Shown: positions 48,178 through 58,155 of the stretch, one piece after another
Numbering within the stretch: the stretch's first letter is position 1
How the letters are laid out: every line of letters starts with the position of its first letter
From: a virus
IMG/VR virus record: IMGVR_UViG_3300036790_000218
Span: 7,850-71,849 of that record
Direction: 5' to 3' (one strand)
Length of the DNA stretch: 64,000 nucleotides
The notes under the pieces: generated by a model
Seen by the model: the letters and a program-made list of their open reading frames with translations, nothing else
Database searches by the model: none
Told to the model about the DNA's origin: nothing
Program-made: the position numbers and the translations under genes

Positions 48178-48344
48178 TGCGGCTACCGCGACTGCTCGGC
48201 GCGCTGGCACTGGCCCGCAAGCGCAGGAAAGTCGCCCGCGAGATCCGCGCTGGCCGGATCAGCATCAACGAGGGACGCGGGCAGCTGGGCCTGCCGCCGT
48301 ATCAGCTCGGGACCGGCAGTGGCCAGTCGGTCAGCGCGCCGTAA
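48177..48344 (+). CDS. 55-aa ORF carrying a portal-like motif
   Basis: GRISINEGRGQLGLPPY; ATG overlaps the upstream stop. Confidence 0.4.
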   Translation: MRLPRLLGALALARKRRKVAREIRAGRISINEGRGQLGLPPYQLGTGSGQSVSAP

Positions 48345-50215
48345 CCGCAACCGCGCCCAGCTCGCGGTCAAAGCACGCCGCCCCCCCGCCAATCCCGGCG
48401 GCATCACCCTCACCGGCGACCAGCTCGCCGGAGTCCTCGCCGCCCAGCAGCGCGCAGGCCAGCTCGCCCAGCCGCTGCCCCGCCCGCCGTCCTGGTCGGC
48501 CGACGCGTTGCCCCCCCGGCAGCCCCCTCGTCCCCGCCCCCATCAACCGCAGGCGGGCCGACACCGGCCGCGCCGAACCCCGCCTCTTCGAACTCCCCAT
48601 CAGCTCGAACATCAACATCGGCACCGCGCCCTACGTGCCGTGGCGGGTGCTGTCCGAGGCGGCGGACATGCCGCTGTTCCGCAAATGCATCGAACGGCGC
48701 AAAGGCGTGTGCGACCTCGACTTCACCATCGTCGTCGACCCCAAAGCCGTCGCCCGCGAAGCCGCCGCCGCCGGCCAGCACGAAAAGGACGTCGAGTCGG
48801 CGATGCGGGACAAGTACGCCGCCGACATCGTCCGCGTGTCCGACTGGCTCACCACACCTGACCAGCAGAACGACCAGGACTGGCCAGCCTGGGGCAAGGC
48901 GCTGATGGAAAACCGGCTCGTCTACGACGCCGTCGCCGTCTACCCGCAACTGAGCATGGGCGGCGACCTGCTCGCCCTGCGGATTCTGGATGGCAGCACG
49001 ATCAAGCCGCTGCTCGACGAGTACGGCGCACGGCCCGCCCCGCCGTTCCCGATGGCGCAGCAGATCCTGTACGGCTTCCCCCGCGGCGAGTTCACCGCCA
49101 CCGTCGTCGAAGACGACAACGGCCGCAAGCACGTCCCGGGCTGGCCGTCGGATGAGCTGCTGTACGAGCGCACCGTGTACCGGCCGAAAACGCCGTACGG
49201 CATGTCGGCCACCGAGATCGCGCTGCTCGACGGCATCGTGTGGATGCGGCGCATGGGCTGGATGCTGGCCGAGTACACCGAGGGCGTGATGCCCGGCGCT
49301 CATGTCAAGGTCAGCGCCGAGGTCGCCTGGGACGTGCCGCAGTGGGAAGCGTGGCAGCGGGCACTGAATGATCATCTGGGCGGCAACACGGCCGAGCGGA
49401 TGAAGTTCGCCCTGTTCCCGCCGGGCACCGAGCCCGTGGTCTCACCCACGATCCCCGAGCAGTACAAGCCCGACTACGACATGTTCCTGGTCAAATTGGT
49501 GGCCGGGGACTTCGGCCTCACCGCCACCGAACTCGGCTTCCCCGAGGTCGGCAGCCTGGGCGCGTCGTTCCACGAGGGCGAGGAAGACGTCCTGAACCGG
49601 GTGACCAGGATCCCGGACGCGCAGTGGATCTCCCGGCTGGCGACCAAACTGGCCCGCCGTCACCTGGCCATGGCCCCGCAGTTGATGGTGAAGATCCTCG
49701 GCCTCGAATCGGAGGACGAGGCGGCCGCGGACGCTGTGGCGCAGAACCAGGTCCAGTCGGGGCGGATGACGTTGAACGAGGACCGTGCCCGCCGCGGCGA
49801 GCCCGCGTACGACTTTCCCGAGGCCGACATGGCGATGGTGTCCGGTCAGCGTGGCGTGGTGTACCTGGAAGGCTCGTCGGACCTGGCGCCGCCGGGGACG
49901 CTGATCCAGCCGGCCGCGGTGAAGCCGGGTGATCCGGGGGATTCGGCGTCGCAGAACGGCGAGCCGGGGCAGGCTGGCCAGCCGGACGGGACGGACGACG
50001 GGACACCGCAAGGCAAAGCTCCGGCAAAACCCGCAGGCCAGGACGGCAAAACGCCGGACAAGAAGCGGGACACAGCGAAGGCCAGACTCCGGCTCACCGA
50101 GTCTGAGCTCGCGGTGGTGGAGGCCATGCGCGCCGGCCGCGTGTCCAAGGACGCCGACGACCCAAAAGCGCACGCCAGGCGTGGCCTGGCTGGAGCCGGG
50201 ACCTGCAGCTGGTGA
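48319..50215 (+). CDS. Portal protein (frame break at the C7 run 48511-48517)
   Basis: LRILDGSTIKPL, YGMSATE, YTEG.MP, GRMTLNEDRARRGEP; N-terminal ~65 codons are in a different frame. Confidence 0.8.
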
Positions 50216-50973
50216 ACATCTACGCGCAGAAGATCCGCGACGCGCTGGCCGCCGCGTTCGACCCCGCCGCCCTCGCCGCCGCGTGGGCCGCGCTCCACCC
50301 CCGCCGCGGCCAGCGGCAGATCCTGCGCCAGTTCACCGCCCGCGCCCGCCACGCCATCGAAACCGCGCTCGAACGCGTGCTGCGCCAACTGTGGCCGGAA
50401 GGGTGGGTGCTCGGCCAGCAGTCCGCCCGCGCGCTGACCGCCGCGCTCGGCGAGGTCGACTGGGCCGGGTGGACACCGGGCGATGCTGAGGCGGCCGAGC
50501 AGATCGCGGGCCCCGGTTTGCGGGAGCTGCTCGCCGAGTCCGGGGTGATCATCCGGTCGATCGCGCAGACCCGGCTGGAGGAGCTGTCGGCGGTGCTCGA
50601 ACAGCATCTTGCGTCCGATGAGGTGGTCCGGGAGATGGATCAGCCGAAGCCTCCCGTGCTGTCGGTGCAGTCCCTCGCGGACCAGCTGCGGGCGGTGCTG
50701 GACAACCCGGCCAGGGCGGAGCTGGTGGCGCAGGCGGAGATCGCGCGGGCGCAGTCGGCGGCGGCGATGCGTGCCTACGCCGAGGACGGCATCGCGGAGG
50801 GCGAGTGGTCGACGGCGGAGGATGCGAAGGTGTGCCCGCGGTGCGATCTGGCCGAGGCGGCCGGGCCCGTGCCGCTGGGAGCGTCGTTCCCGGGCGTGGA
50901 GGTGGCTGCGCCGCCGGGGCATCCGCGGTGCCGGTGCGCGCTGATCCCCGTGGTGGTCAGGAGGGCGGCGTGA
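50161..50973 (+). CDS. MuF/gpF-like head morphogenesis protein, probably entered by -1 frameshift from the portal at CCCAAAA
   Basis: RAELVAQAEIARA, W...D.KVCPRC, PPGHPRCRC; frame open from the slip site (PKSARQAWPGWSRDLQLVNIY). Confidence 0.75.
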   Translation, partial: PKSARQAWPGWSRDLQLVNIYAQKIRDALAAAFDPAALAAAWAALHPRRGQRQILRQFTARARHAIETALERVLRQLWPEGWVLGQQSARALTAALGEVDWAGWTPGDAEAAEQIAGPGLRELLAESGVIIRSIAQTRLEELSAVLEQHLASDEVVREMDQPKPPVLSVQSLADQLRAVLDNPARAELVAQAEIARAQSAAAMRAYAEDGIAEGEWSTAEDAKVCPRCDLAEAAGPVPLGASFPGVEVAAPPGHPRCRCALIPVVVRRAA

Positions 50974-51215
50974 ACCGGTCGGCGCGGTCGCTCGCCATCC
51001 TCGCCGCGGGTGCTGTGGCCGTCGGCGGGGTCGTCTGCCTGGTGCGCTGGTGGGATTCGTACTGGGCCCAGTACGTGGCGCAGAATATGCTGCCGCCGTC
51101 GGTGTGGACACTGGTCGGCATCGTGATCGCGCACGTCAGGTTGCATGCCAAGCTCGACGAGCATCATGAGGACATGAAAGCGCACGTCAGCGGCGTGGCC
51201 GGAGGACGGATGTGA
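50970..51215 (+). CDS. Small membrane protein
   Basis: Two TM segments; N-terminus nearly matches 6814. Confidence 0.5.
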   Translation: MNRSARSLAILAAGAVAVGGVVCLVRWWDSYWAQYVAQNMLPPSVWTLVGIVIAHVRLHAKLDEHHEDMKAHVSGVAGGRM

Positions 51216-51369
51216 AGGCCGCCGAGAAGCCGCAGCCGCCCGAGAGGATGTGCCCGGCCTGCGGGTCGACGGTCCCGGCCCCGGATGACGTGCTGGCCGA
51301 GCACGACAGCGGCGGCGCGCTGCAGATACGGTGTCCGGCTTCGGGCTGGAAGATCAAGGGAGAGCACAA

Positions 51370-51909
51370 GTGAAAGCCACCGAGACACGGCCCGACGGCA
51401 CGGTCACCACGATCGAGACCAGCGACGGCGCGGCCAAAGCGACGTGGGACGGGGAGACGATCTCGGTTGGCCCGCTGGCCAAGGCCCGCCCCGAGCAGCG
51501 GTACACGCTGAACGTGATCTACCCGGCCAACAAGGCCGACGTGGTCCGCGCCATGGACAAGCACCGCGACTTCGCCACCCCCGAAGTCGTCGAGAAAGCC
51601 GCATGGGACTACATGCGCAACCACCGCGCGGTCGGCTTGTGTCACACCCCCGAGCAGGCCGCCAGCGTGGGCGCCGAGTTGCTGCAGGACGGCGCGGCTG
51701 ACCTGGTCGAGTCCTACATCTACCGGGGCCCGGACTGGCAGGTGTCCGATGACCTGATGGTCAAGGCGGGGGACTGGCTCGGCGGGTTCGTGTGGTCGCC
51801 GCCTGTGTGGGACCTGATCAAGGCGACGAAGCTGGGCGGCACGTCCGTCGAGGGCGGCGCGAAGCGGCGCAAGCCGTCTAAGGAAGCGATTGCGGGACTG
51901 AGATCGTGA
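51370..51909 (+). CDS. XkdF-like putative prohead serine protease
   Basis: YPANKAD, VEKAAWDYM, VESYIY, VKAGDWL, WDLIK...GG.SVEG. Confidence 0.7.
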   Translation: MKATETRPDGTVTTIETSDGAAKATWDGETISVGPLAKARPEQRYTLNVIYPANKADVVRAMDKHRDFATPEVVEKAAWDYMRNHRAVGLCHTPEQAASVGAELLQDGAADLVESYIYRGPDWQVSDDLMVKAGDWLGGFVWSPPVWDLIKATKLGGTSVEGGAKRRKPSKEAIAGLRS

Positions 51910-52211
51910 GCGCCGATCCGGACCGCGCATGCCCGCACGAGAACTTCGCCGCCAATGTCGAGGTCAACCGGCTGACGGACAGCGAGCAACCCGGCGCGGC
52001 GGTAACCGGATACGCGGCCAACATCACCGTGTGGTGCGCTGATTGCGAGGAGCGGTTCCGGTGGATCGGCGTCCAGGCCGGGCTTATGCCGGGCCGGCCG
52101 ATGTGCTCCGTCGACGAGACCGAACTGCGCGCCCCGCTCCGGCCGGCGTCGGCCGATCCGGACTTTGGCCTGGGCATCCCGGGCTTCGCAGTGACCTACC
52201 GAAAGGGCTGA
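51906..52211 (+). CDS. Hypothetical protein
   Basis: CPH...CADCEERF. Confidence 0.5.
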   Translation: MSADPDRACPHENFAANVEVNRLTDSEQPGAAVTGYAANITVWCADCEERFRWIGVQAGLMPGRPMCSVDETELRAPLRPASADPDFGLGIPGFAVTYRKG

Positions 52212-52214
52212 GCC

Positions 52215-53309
52215 ATGGGTGACACCGCGGTCGAGGACGACGAGCTGACCGAGTTCGAGCTGATCGAGGTCGAGAGCATCAAGGCTGTGCCGATGGGCGC
52301 GAACGGCTTCCCGCACCTGATCATGAAAGGCATCGCCGAGACCGGCCCGGACACCGGCGCCGAGCCTTCCGCCAGGGACCTGGCCGTCAAGGCCGTTGTC
52401 AACGGCCAGATCGACGAGGGCCCCGACGTCGCCCTCGGCCAGCAGGTCATGCACCTCCTCGGCCAGGCCATCATCAACGAGGCGCAGGAAGTGTCGGCGG
52501 GGGCGTACGGCGAGACGGGTGACGTCGCGTTGCTGACCCGGGCCGCTGACATGGTCGCCCGCTGGTGCGCGGGCGAGCAGGGCGGCTGCGGCTGCTGCGG
52601 CGAGTGCACCGGCCCGGGCTGCGGGTGCTGCTGGGAATGCTCTGGCACGGTCATGCACTCGGCGTGGGCCTATGAGGCGGACGAGGTTGCGAAGGCGCCG
52701 CGCGAGTTCACTGCGGCTGAGCGGAAGAAGCACGCCAAGGCGGGTAACGCCCTGCCGGACGGGTCGTATCCGATCCCGGACAAGGACGCGTTGCGGCGGG
52801 CGGCGATCCTGGCCCGGTCCAAGCACGGGAACTGGCAGGCGGCCGAGCGGCTGATCGCCCGGCGGGCGAAGGAACTCGGCGTGCCCAACCCGCTGACCGA
52901 AGCCGGCGACGGCAAGAGCGACAGCAAGAAGAGCACGGTTGCGGAACAGGAGACCGGTGTGGATACTGAGGGCCAGGACGACGGCATCACCAAGGCCGTC
53001 GCCGACGCTGTAGCAAAGGCCACTGCATCCTCAGAGGACCGCTTCAAGCAGGTCGAGGAACTGGCGGCAAAGGCTGAGCGGCGAGTCGGCCAGCTCGAAG
53101 AGCTGATCAAGTCGACACCCAGACCAGGCGGACCTGTCCTGTCCGCGGCCGCACGCCCCCAGGGTGCCTCGGCCGGCGCGGACGACTTTGCCGCCAAAGC
53201 AGCGCTCTACCGGGCCAAGGCCGACGCGGCCACCACCCCGGCGGACCGCGAAGGTTACCGCCAGCTCGCCCGCGAGTGCGACGCCAAAGCCGCCAAGATC
53301 ACGGCCTGA
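52215..53309 (+). CDS. Putative scaffolding protein with Cys-rich insert and LPDGSYPI domain
   Basis: Directly upstream of capsid; C-terminal coiled coil. Confidence 0.6.
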   Translation: MGDTAVEDDELTEFELIEVESIKAVPMGANGFPHLIMKGIAETGPDTGAEPSARDLAVKAVVNGQIDEGPDVALGQQVMHLLGQAIINEAQEVSAGAYGETGDVALLTRAADMVARWCAGEQGGCGCCGECTGPGCGCCWECSGTVMHSAWAYEADEVAKAPREFTAAERKKHAKAGNALPDGSYPIPDKDALRRAAILARSKHGNWQAAERLIARRAKELGVPNPLTEAGDGKSDSKKSTVAEQETGVDTEGQDDGITKAVADAVAKATASSEDRFKQVEELAAKAERRVGQLEELIKSTPRPGGPVLSAAARPQGASAGADDFAAKAALYRAKADAATTPADREGYRQLARECDAKAAKITA

Positions 53310-53356
53310 ACCCGTCGCCCGGGCGCGCCCGAAATCCCCTCTGGAGTGACCCGGCG

Positions 53357-55267
53357 ATGCCCACCAGGCAAGACTTGTTCGGCGGTTCCCGTACCGGCGT
53401 GACCTGGGATCCCGCGTACCGCACCAACACCGAGCTGACCGCCGCGTTCGAGGACTACCTCAACGGCCCCGACGGCGTGGCCAAGGCCATCGCCCGCCAC
53501 GAGGAAGGCCGCGACTACTTCCCCGGCCAGGGCAAGATCATGAAGGGTGTCCGGCCGCCGAAGGACTTCGACGACCTGCGGCAGGCCAACCTGGCCGCCT
53601 TGGAGCAGCTGACCAAGAGCGTCGGCGCCGAGCAGCTCGCTGCCATGTCGGCGCAGCTGGAGACGATGCGCGAGTCGCTGGCCAAGGACTGGGATTCCTC
53701 GTTCCCGGAGACCGGGACGTTCACCATCCCCAACCAGCTCGCCCCGATCGACATGGAAGCCCCGGCCAAGCTGCTGGTGCCCCGGGAGACGCCGCTGGTC
53801 AACTCGATGCCGCGGGAGAACGACGGCATCGGCTCGGCCACGAATTACAAGCGGATCCTCGGCTGGTCCAACTCGGGTGTGGGCGGCGTGCCGGACCTGA
53901 TGCCGTTCATGGCGTCAGAGTTCCCGTCCAGCCAGTCCACGTCGAACCTGCCGCAGTTCGGCGGCTACTCGAACACCACTGGCGGTGTCGCGTCGGGCGG
54001 CCTGGGCTTGCGCCGCGGCCAGAAGATCACCTACAAGGCCGACCAGGGCCAGGTCACCTACGTCGAGCTGTCCCTGTCCGACGTCGTGTCAACCAAGGCG
54101 TACTACATCGGCCAGGGCTACCAGGACGTCCGCCAGCTGTCGGCCACGGCGTTGCTGTGGGCGCACAAGGGCGGCGAAGAGCGCGCCATGCTGTACGGCC
54201 GCGGCGTCACCTCGATCGGCTACACCGGGCCGATCTCCGCGCCGACGTTCAGCGGCGCGGGAAACGTGGTCTCGGCCAGCACCGGGGGTTCGATCCCGGC
54301 GGGCACCTACTCGGTGATGCTGACCGCGATCGGCGGCGGCGGCGAGTCCGCGCCGTCCGCGGTGGTCACCTCCGGCACCGCGATCACCGCCACCGGCACG
54401 GTCACGATCACGTTCCCGCAGATCCCGTCCGGCGGCCTGGGCTGGAACATCTGGATGCTCAACGCCTCGTCGGGGAACTTCTTCTTCCAGGCCAGCGTGC
54501 CCAACGGCAACGCCACGTTCGTCCTGACCGCCTATAACAACACCGGGCCGACCACGGCCAGCACGTCGATCGTTGACACCACGGCCAACCCGAACGGCTA
54601 CGACGGGCTGCTGACCGTGCTGCTCAACCCGTCGCTGTCCGGGTACGTCGCCTCCTACGTGTCGTCCGGGGCGACGTCGCAGAACTCGGTCGGCGGCGGC
54701 GTGTCCGGGTCAACGGCGTGCGGCGACCAGCCGTGGCAGACCGCGTTCGCGGCCTTGTTCGGCGCGTCGACCCAGCCGGGGAACTACGGCATGAACTCCG
54801 GCGCCCCGTCGTGGCCGTGGACCGGCGGCACCGCCTACGGGCAGAAGCTGCTGGCCCGCCCGCAGGTCGTTTACGTGGACGGCACGGTCCGCGCGGCGAT
54901 GGGCGCGTTCGTGCGCCGCACCGGCGGGTCGGCGTCGGCGTACCGGATCATGCTGCAGGAGGACGTGACCGGCGGCATGCAGGTCGGCGCGATCGTCAAC
55001 GGCATCGCCAACCAGACCACGGGTGACATGGTCGATTTCGACGTGCACCCGTATATGCCGGTCGGCAACAGCGTGATCTGGACGAAGACGCTGCCGTTCC
55101 CCGACTCGGAGATCACCAGCACGATCGTGGCCAAGAACGTGCAGGACTACCTGTACCAGATGTGGCCGCAGATCCAGTTCACCTACGACGCGTCGACCTA
55201 TCAGCTCGGCAGCCTGATCTTCTACGCCCCGGCGTGGTCGGGTGCGATCACCGGGTTGCTGGCATGA
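53357..55267 (+). CDS. Major capsid protein 2 with inserted Ig/Fn3-like domain (636 aa)
   Basis: Position after protease and scaffold; DMEAPAKLLVP..TPL, EERAML, HPYMP, YAPAWSG; internal AGTYSVMLTA..GES. Confidence 0.7.
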   Translation: MPTRQDLFGGSRTGVTWDPAYRTNTELTAAFEDYLNGPDGVAKAIARHEEGRDYFPGQGKIMKGVRPPKDFDDLRQANLAALEQLTKSVGAEQLAAMSAQLETMRESLAKDWDSSFPETGTFTIPNQLAPIDMEAPAKLLVPRETPLVNSMPRENDGIGSATNYKRILGWSNSGVGGVPDLMPFMASEFPSSQSTSNLPQFGGYSNTTGGVASGGLGLRRGQKITYKADQGQVTYVELSLSDVVSTKAYYIGQGYQDVRQLSATALLWAHKGGEERAMLYGRGVTSIGYTGPISAPTFSGAGNVVSASTGGSIPAGTYSVMLTAIGGGGESAPSAVVTSGTAITATGTVTITFPQIPSGGLGWNIWMLNASSGNFFFQASVPNGNATFVLTAYNNTGPTTASTSIVDTTANPNGYDGLLTVLLNPSLSGYVASYVSSGATSQNSVGGGVSGSTACGDQPWQTAFAALFGASTQPGNYGMNSGAPSWPWTGGTAYGQKLLARPQVVYVDGTVRAAMGAFVRRTGGSASAYRIMLQEDVTGGMQVGAIVNGIANQTTGDMVDFDVHPYMPVGNSVIWTKTLPFPDSEITSTIVAKNVQDYLYQMWPQIQFTYDASTYQLGSLIFYAPAWSGAITGLLA

Positions 55268-56032
55268 CGCGGGTGCGGTGTTACAGCGCGGTCGTCCCGG
55301 TCAAGACGACGAAGGCCAGCGGCCAGACGGTCCTGACCGAGGCCGGGGTGGCCGTGCAGGGCAGCGGCGGTGCCGAGACGAAGACGGTGACCTGATGCCG
55401 CGGGTGATCATGGCGGAGGGCTGCCGGGAGATCGACGCCGGCGGCCGCCGCCACTACGCCCGCGGCGGCGCGAGGGGCTATGAGCAGGGCGGGTCGTTTG
55501 ACATGGACGACCGGGCCGCCGCGCTGGCGGTGAAGGCTGGCGGGGCTATCGCGTCGGTCGGCGGCCCGGTCCGCGCCAGGGGCTGGGTGTGCCCGGGGTG
55601 CGGGTTCCGGGCGTTTATCCGCCGGTGCGGACGTTGCGGCGGCGATTGCGAGCGTGAATGAATGCGCGCCGTCGTAATCATGCCCGCGCCGGCTTTGTAC
55701 CCGGGCGAGGCGCCTGTGCCTGTCCATGAGGCTGGCGTGGCGGTCCCGGGCCCGGGGGTGCGTCCCGACCCCGGGGCGCCGGATCCCGCGCCTGCACTCG
55801 TGGCCGAGGCGGGCAAGAACGGGTGCACCGGGCGCCGTGCCGACGGCGGCCTGTGCAACGGCAATGCCGGGCCGGACGGCCGGTGCGCCCGCCACAAGGA
55901 CACCTGACCGTGTGCCAGAAGGCCGCGGCCAGCTCGGCGAAGGCCAGCAAGAACCGCAAGCGGGCCAAGGCCAGGGCGCGCAAAGCGTCGAAAGCCGGCC
56001 GGGGTCACGTCTGCCACGGCAAGAAGAAGTAG
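55264..56032 (+). other. Small post-capsid ORFs (55264-55395, 55395-55661 Zn-ribbon, 55662-55907, about 55909-56032 basic)
   Basis: Coupled ORFs; CPGC...CGRC. Confidence 0.45.
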
Positions 56033-56046
56033 GGAGGTGACCGCTG

Positions 56047-57015
56047 GTGACGATCCCCGTGCTGACCCCGCCGACGCAGGCTGAGCTGGCGGTCCCCTAC
56101 CTCACCCCGGCCGGGTTCACTGCTTATCCGACGTGGCTGGACCTGGACAACCTGATCCCCGGCGGTGTCGCCGCGCTCCAGGAGGACGAACTGGCCGAGG
56201 CGCTGCTCTCGGCCAGCAGTTGGGCGATCGGCGTGGTCGACAACATGCCTTTGCACGGCCACTGGGTGCAGAACGAGAACTTGCGCACCCGCGCCGGTGG
56301 CGGCGGCCGGGTGTTCTTGCAGCCGCGGCATGTGCCGGTGCGGGCGATCACCGCGCTGTCGTGGGGCGGCGACCCGTCGTGCATGCAGGCTGACAGCCTG
56401 CCGGATCCGTCGATGTGGGTGGAGGACGGCCGGGAGGTGTCGTTCCGGCCGGGTGGCGGGTTCGTCCAGTTCTCTGGCCCGGCTTTGCAGTTCGGCCCGG
56501 CGTTGCGTCCGCAGCTGCCGGTGTATGTGACCTGGTCGTATGTGGCCGGGTTCCCGAACGCGGTCCTGTCGGCCGTGTGCGAGTCCGGCGCGGAATCGGT
56601 GACCGTGAGCGATCCGACGAGCGTGCTCCCGGGTGACGTGCTGCGCATCTACGACGCCGGGGACACCTCGGCGACGGTGGGCGCGTCCGAGGCGCTGACC
56701 GTGGCCAGCGACTATGTCCCGGCGCTGCCGACAATCCCGCCCGTCGCGACCGCCATCCCCCTGGCCGGGACCACCCAGTACGCGCACGACACCGGCATTG
56801 GCATCACGGGCTTCCCCCGGAGGGCACTCCAAGCGGTGATCGCGTACACCGTGGCGCTGCTCATGCGTGATGACACCAGCGCGGAGCGGCCGGCCACCGG
56901 GTTCGGCCCGGCCGCCGAAGGCCACGCCGGGGGTGAGCCGCGCACCCAGCCTGGCGCCCTGGTCGCCGAGGCCGCCGCGTGGCTGTACCCGTACGCGCCG
57001 GTGATGCGGTCATGA
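56047..57015 (+). CDS. Putative head-tail connector (module 2)
   Basis: PYLT...ALLSASSW; YVTWSYVAGF; LQAVI; ends LYPY. Confidence 0.6.
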   Translation: MTIPVLTPPTQAELAVPYLTPAGFTAYPTWLDLDNLIPGGVAALQEDELAEALLSASSWAIGVVDNMPLHGHWVQNENLRTRAGGGGRVFLQPRHVPVRAITALSWGGDPSCMQADSLPDPSMWVEDGREVSFRPGGGFVQFSGPALQFGPALRPQLPVYVTWSYVAGFPNAVLSAVCESGAESVTVSDPTSVLPGDVLRIYDAGDTSATVGASEALTVASDYVPALPTIPPVATAIPLAGTTQYAHDTGIGITGFPRRALQAVIAYTVALLMRDDTSAERPATGFGPAAEGHAGGEPRTQPGALVAEAAAWLYPYAPVMRS

Positions 57016-57221
57016 CCGCCGCGTTCAACCCCGGCGGGGTGATGAAGCGCCTCCGGCCGAAGAAGAAGCCGAAGGTCAACCCGGGCGGCGTGATGAAGAA
57101 GCCCCGGCCGGCCAGGAAGAAGGCGGCGAAGCCGAAGCCCGCGCCGAAGGTGAACCCGGGCGGCCCGATGAAGCGCGCGCCGAAGCCGAAGACGGTCAAG
57201 CCCAGGGTGGTGACCGCGTGA
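57012..57221 (+). CDS. Small Lys/Pro-rich basic protein with NPGG(V/P)MK repeats
   Basis: Three NPGGxMK units. Confidence 0.55.
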   Translation: MTAAFNPGGVMKRLRPKKKPKVNPGGVMKKPRPARKKAAKPKPAPKVNPGGPMKRAPKPKTVKPRVVTA

Positions 57222-57799
57222 GCGCGGGGGACCGGCAGCTAGTACGTGAGGCTGTAGCCAGCTATTTCGGCGGCTCACTGGTGACGGCCGACAGCGGGAT
57301 CGCTTACCAGGGCGGCCCGCTCGTCTCGGCCGGGCTCGGAACCGCCTACCCGTACCAGGTCAAGGGCATCCCGGACGAGTACTACACCGCAGGCATGGCC
57401 GCGGGCGCCGGCTGGGGCACTGTCATGGGCATCCGGATGACTCGCGACACGACTCGTGAGGCCATGGGCGGCCCTACCTCCGGGTGGCGCAAGCGTGTCT
57501 ACACCGTGACCTGCGAGCTTGTCGTCATCTCGTATGAGCAGCACGTTGAGATTGCGGGCGCTGGCCTCGACGACCTGCTCGACGGCATGTATGCCCTGAT
57601 CTTCGCTGACCGGACGCTCGGTACGACGAGTCCGGCGTACTCGGCGCAGGGCGGACGGCTGATCATGCAAGCCGGTGAAGGGCCGTACGGGATCAAGGAC
57701 GACACGCAGGGCTGGTGGCCGGCCGATAGCCAGGGGCGCGGCAAGTACATCGGCCAGGCGACTCTCTCGTTCCAGGCGCTCACGATGGTCGCGGCATGA
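57218..57799 (+). CDS. Putative tail terminator/neck protein (module 2)
   Basis: Position; DLLD...ADRTLG. Confidence 0.5.
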   Translation: MSAGDRQLVREAVASYFGGSLVTADSGIAYQGGPLVSAGLGTAYPYQVKGIPDEYYTAGMAAGAGWGTVMGIRMTRDTTREAMGGPTSGWRKRVYTVTCELVVISYEQHVEIAGAGLDDLLDGMYALIFADRTLGTTSPAYSAQGGRLIMQAGEGPYGIKDDTQGWWPADSQGRGKYIGQATLSFQALTMVAA

Positions 57800-57912
57800 G
57801 GGGGCCGGGAGCGAGATGAACCTACTGATCCGGCGCCCCGCGCTTGATCTTCTACGGACCGACCGCAATGGAGCCCGCTCCCGGCGCGGCAAGCCTACAG
57901 CAGGAGGCCTGA

Positions 57913-58152
57913 ATGGCGAAGTACGTGTACGAGGGACCGGGCCCGCACGACGACAGGCAGGGCGGCCTGGTCCGCCCGGGCGACGTCGCCGAATTCGACG
58001 CCGAGCCCGACTGGGGCCCGTGGCGCCTCCTCGACGAACCGCCGGACGGCGCTGAGAAGCCTCCTGCCGCCCCGGCCACACCGCCGCCCGCGCCAGCGTC
58101 CGCCAGCCCGGCACCGGCCAGCACGCCGCCGCCCGCACCCAAGGGAGAGTGA
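57913..58152 (+). CDS. Small Pro-rich protein
   Basis: AGGAGG RBS; YEGP...GLVRPGD. Confidence 0.5.
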   Translation: MAKYVYEGPGPHDDRQGGLVRPGDVAEFDAEPDWGPWRLLDEPPDGAEKPPAAPATPPPAPASASPAPASTPPPAPKGE

Positions 58153-58155
58153 CCC

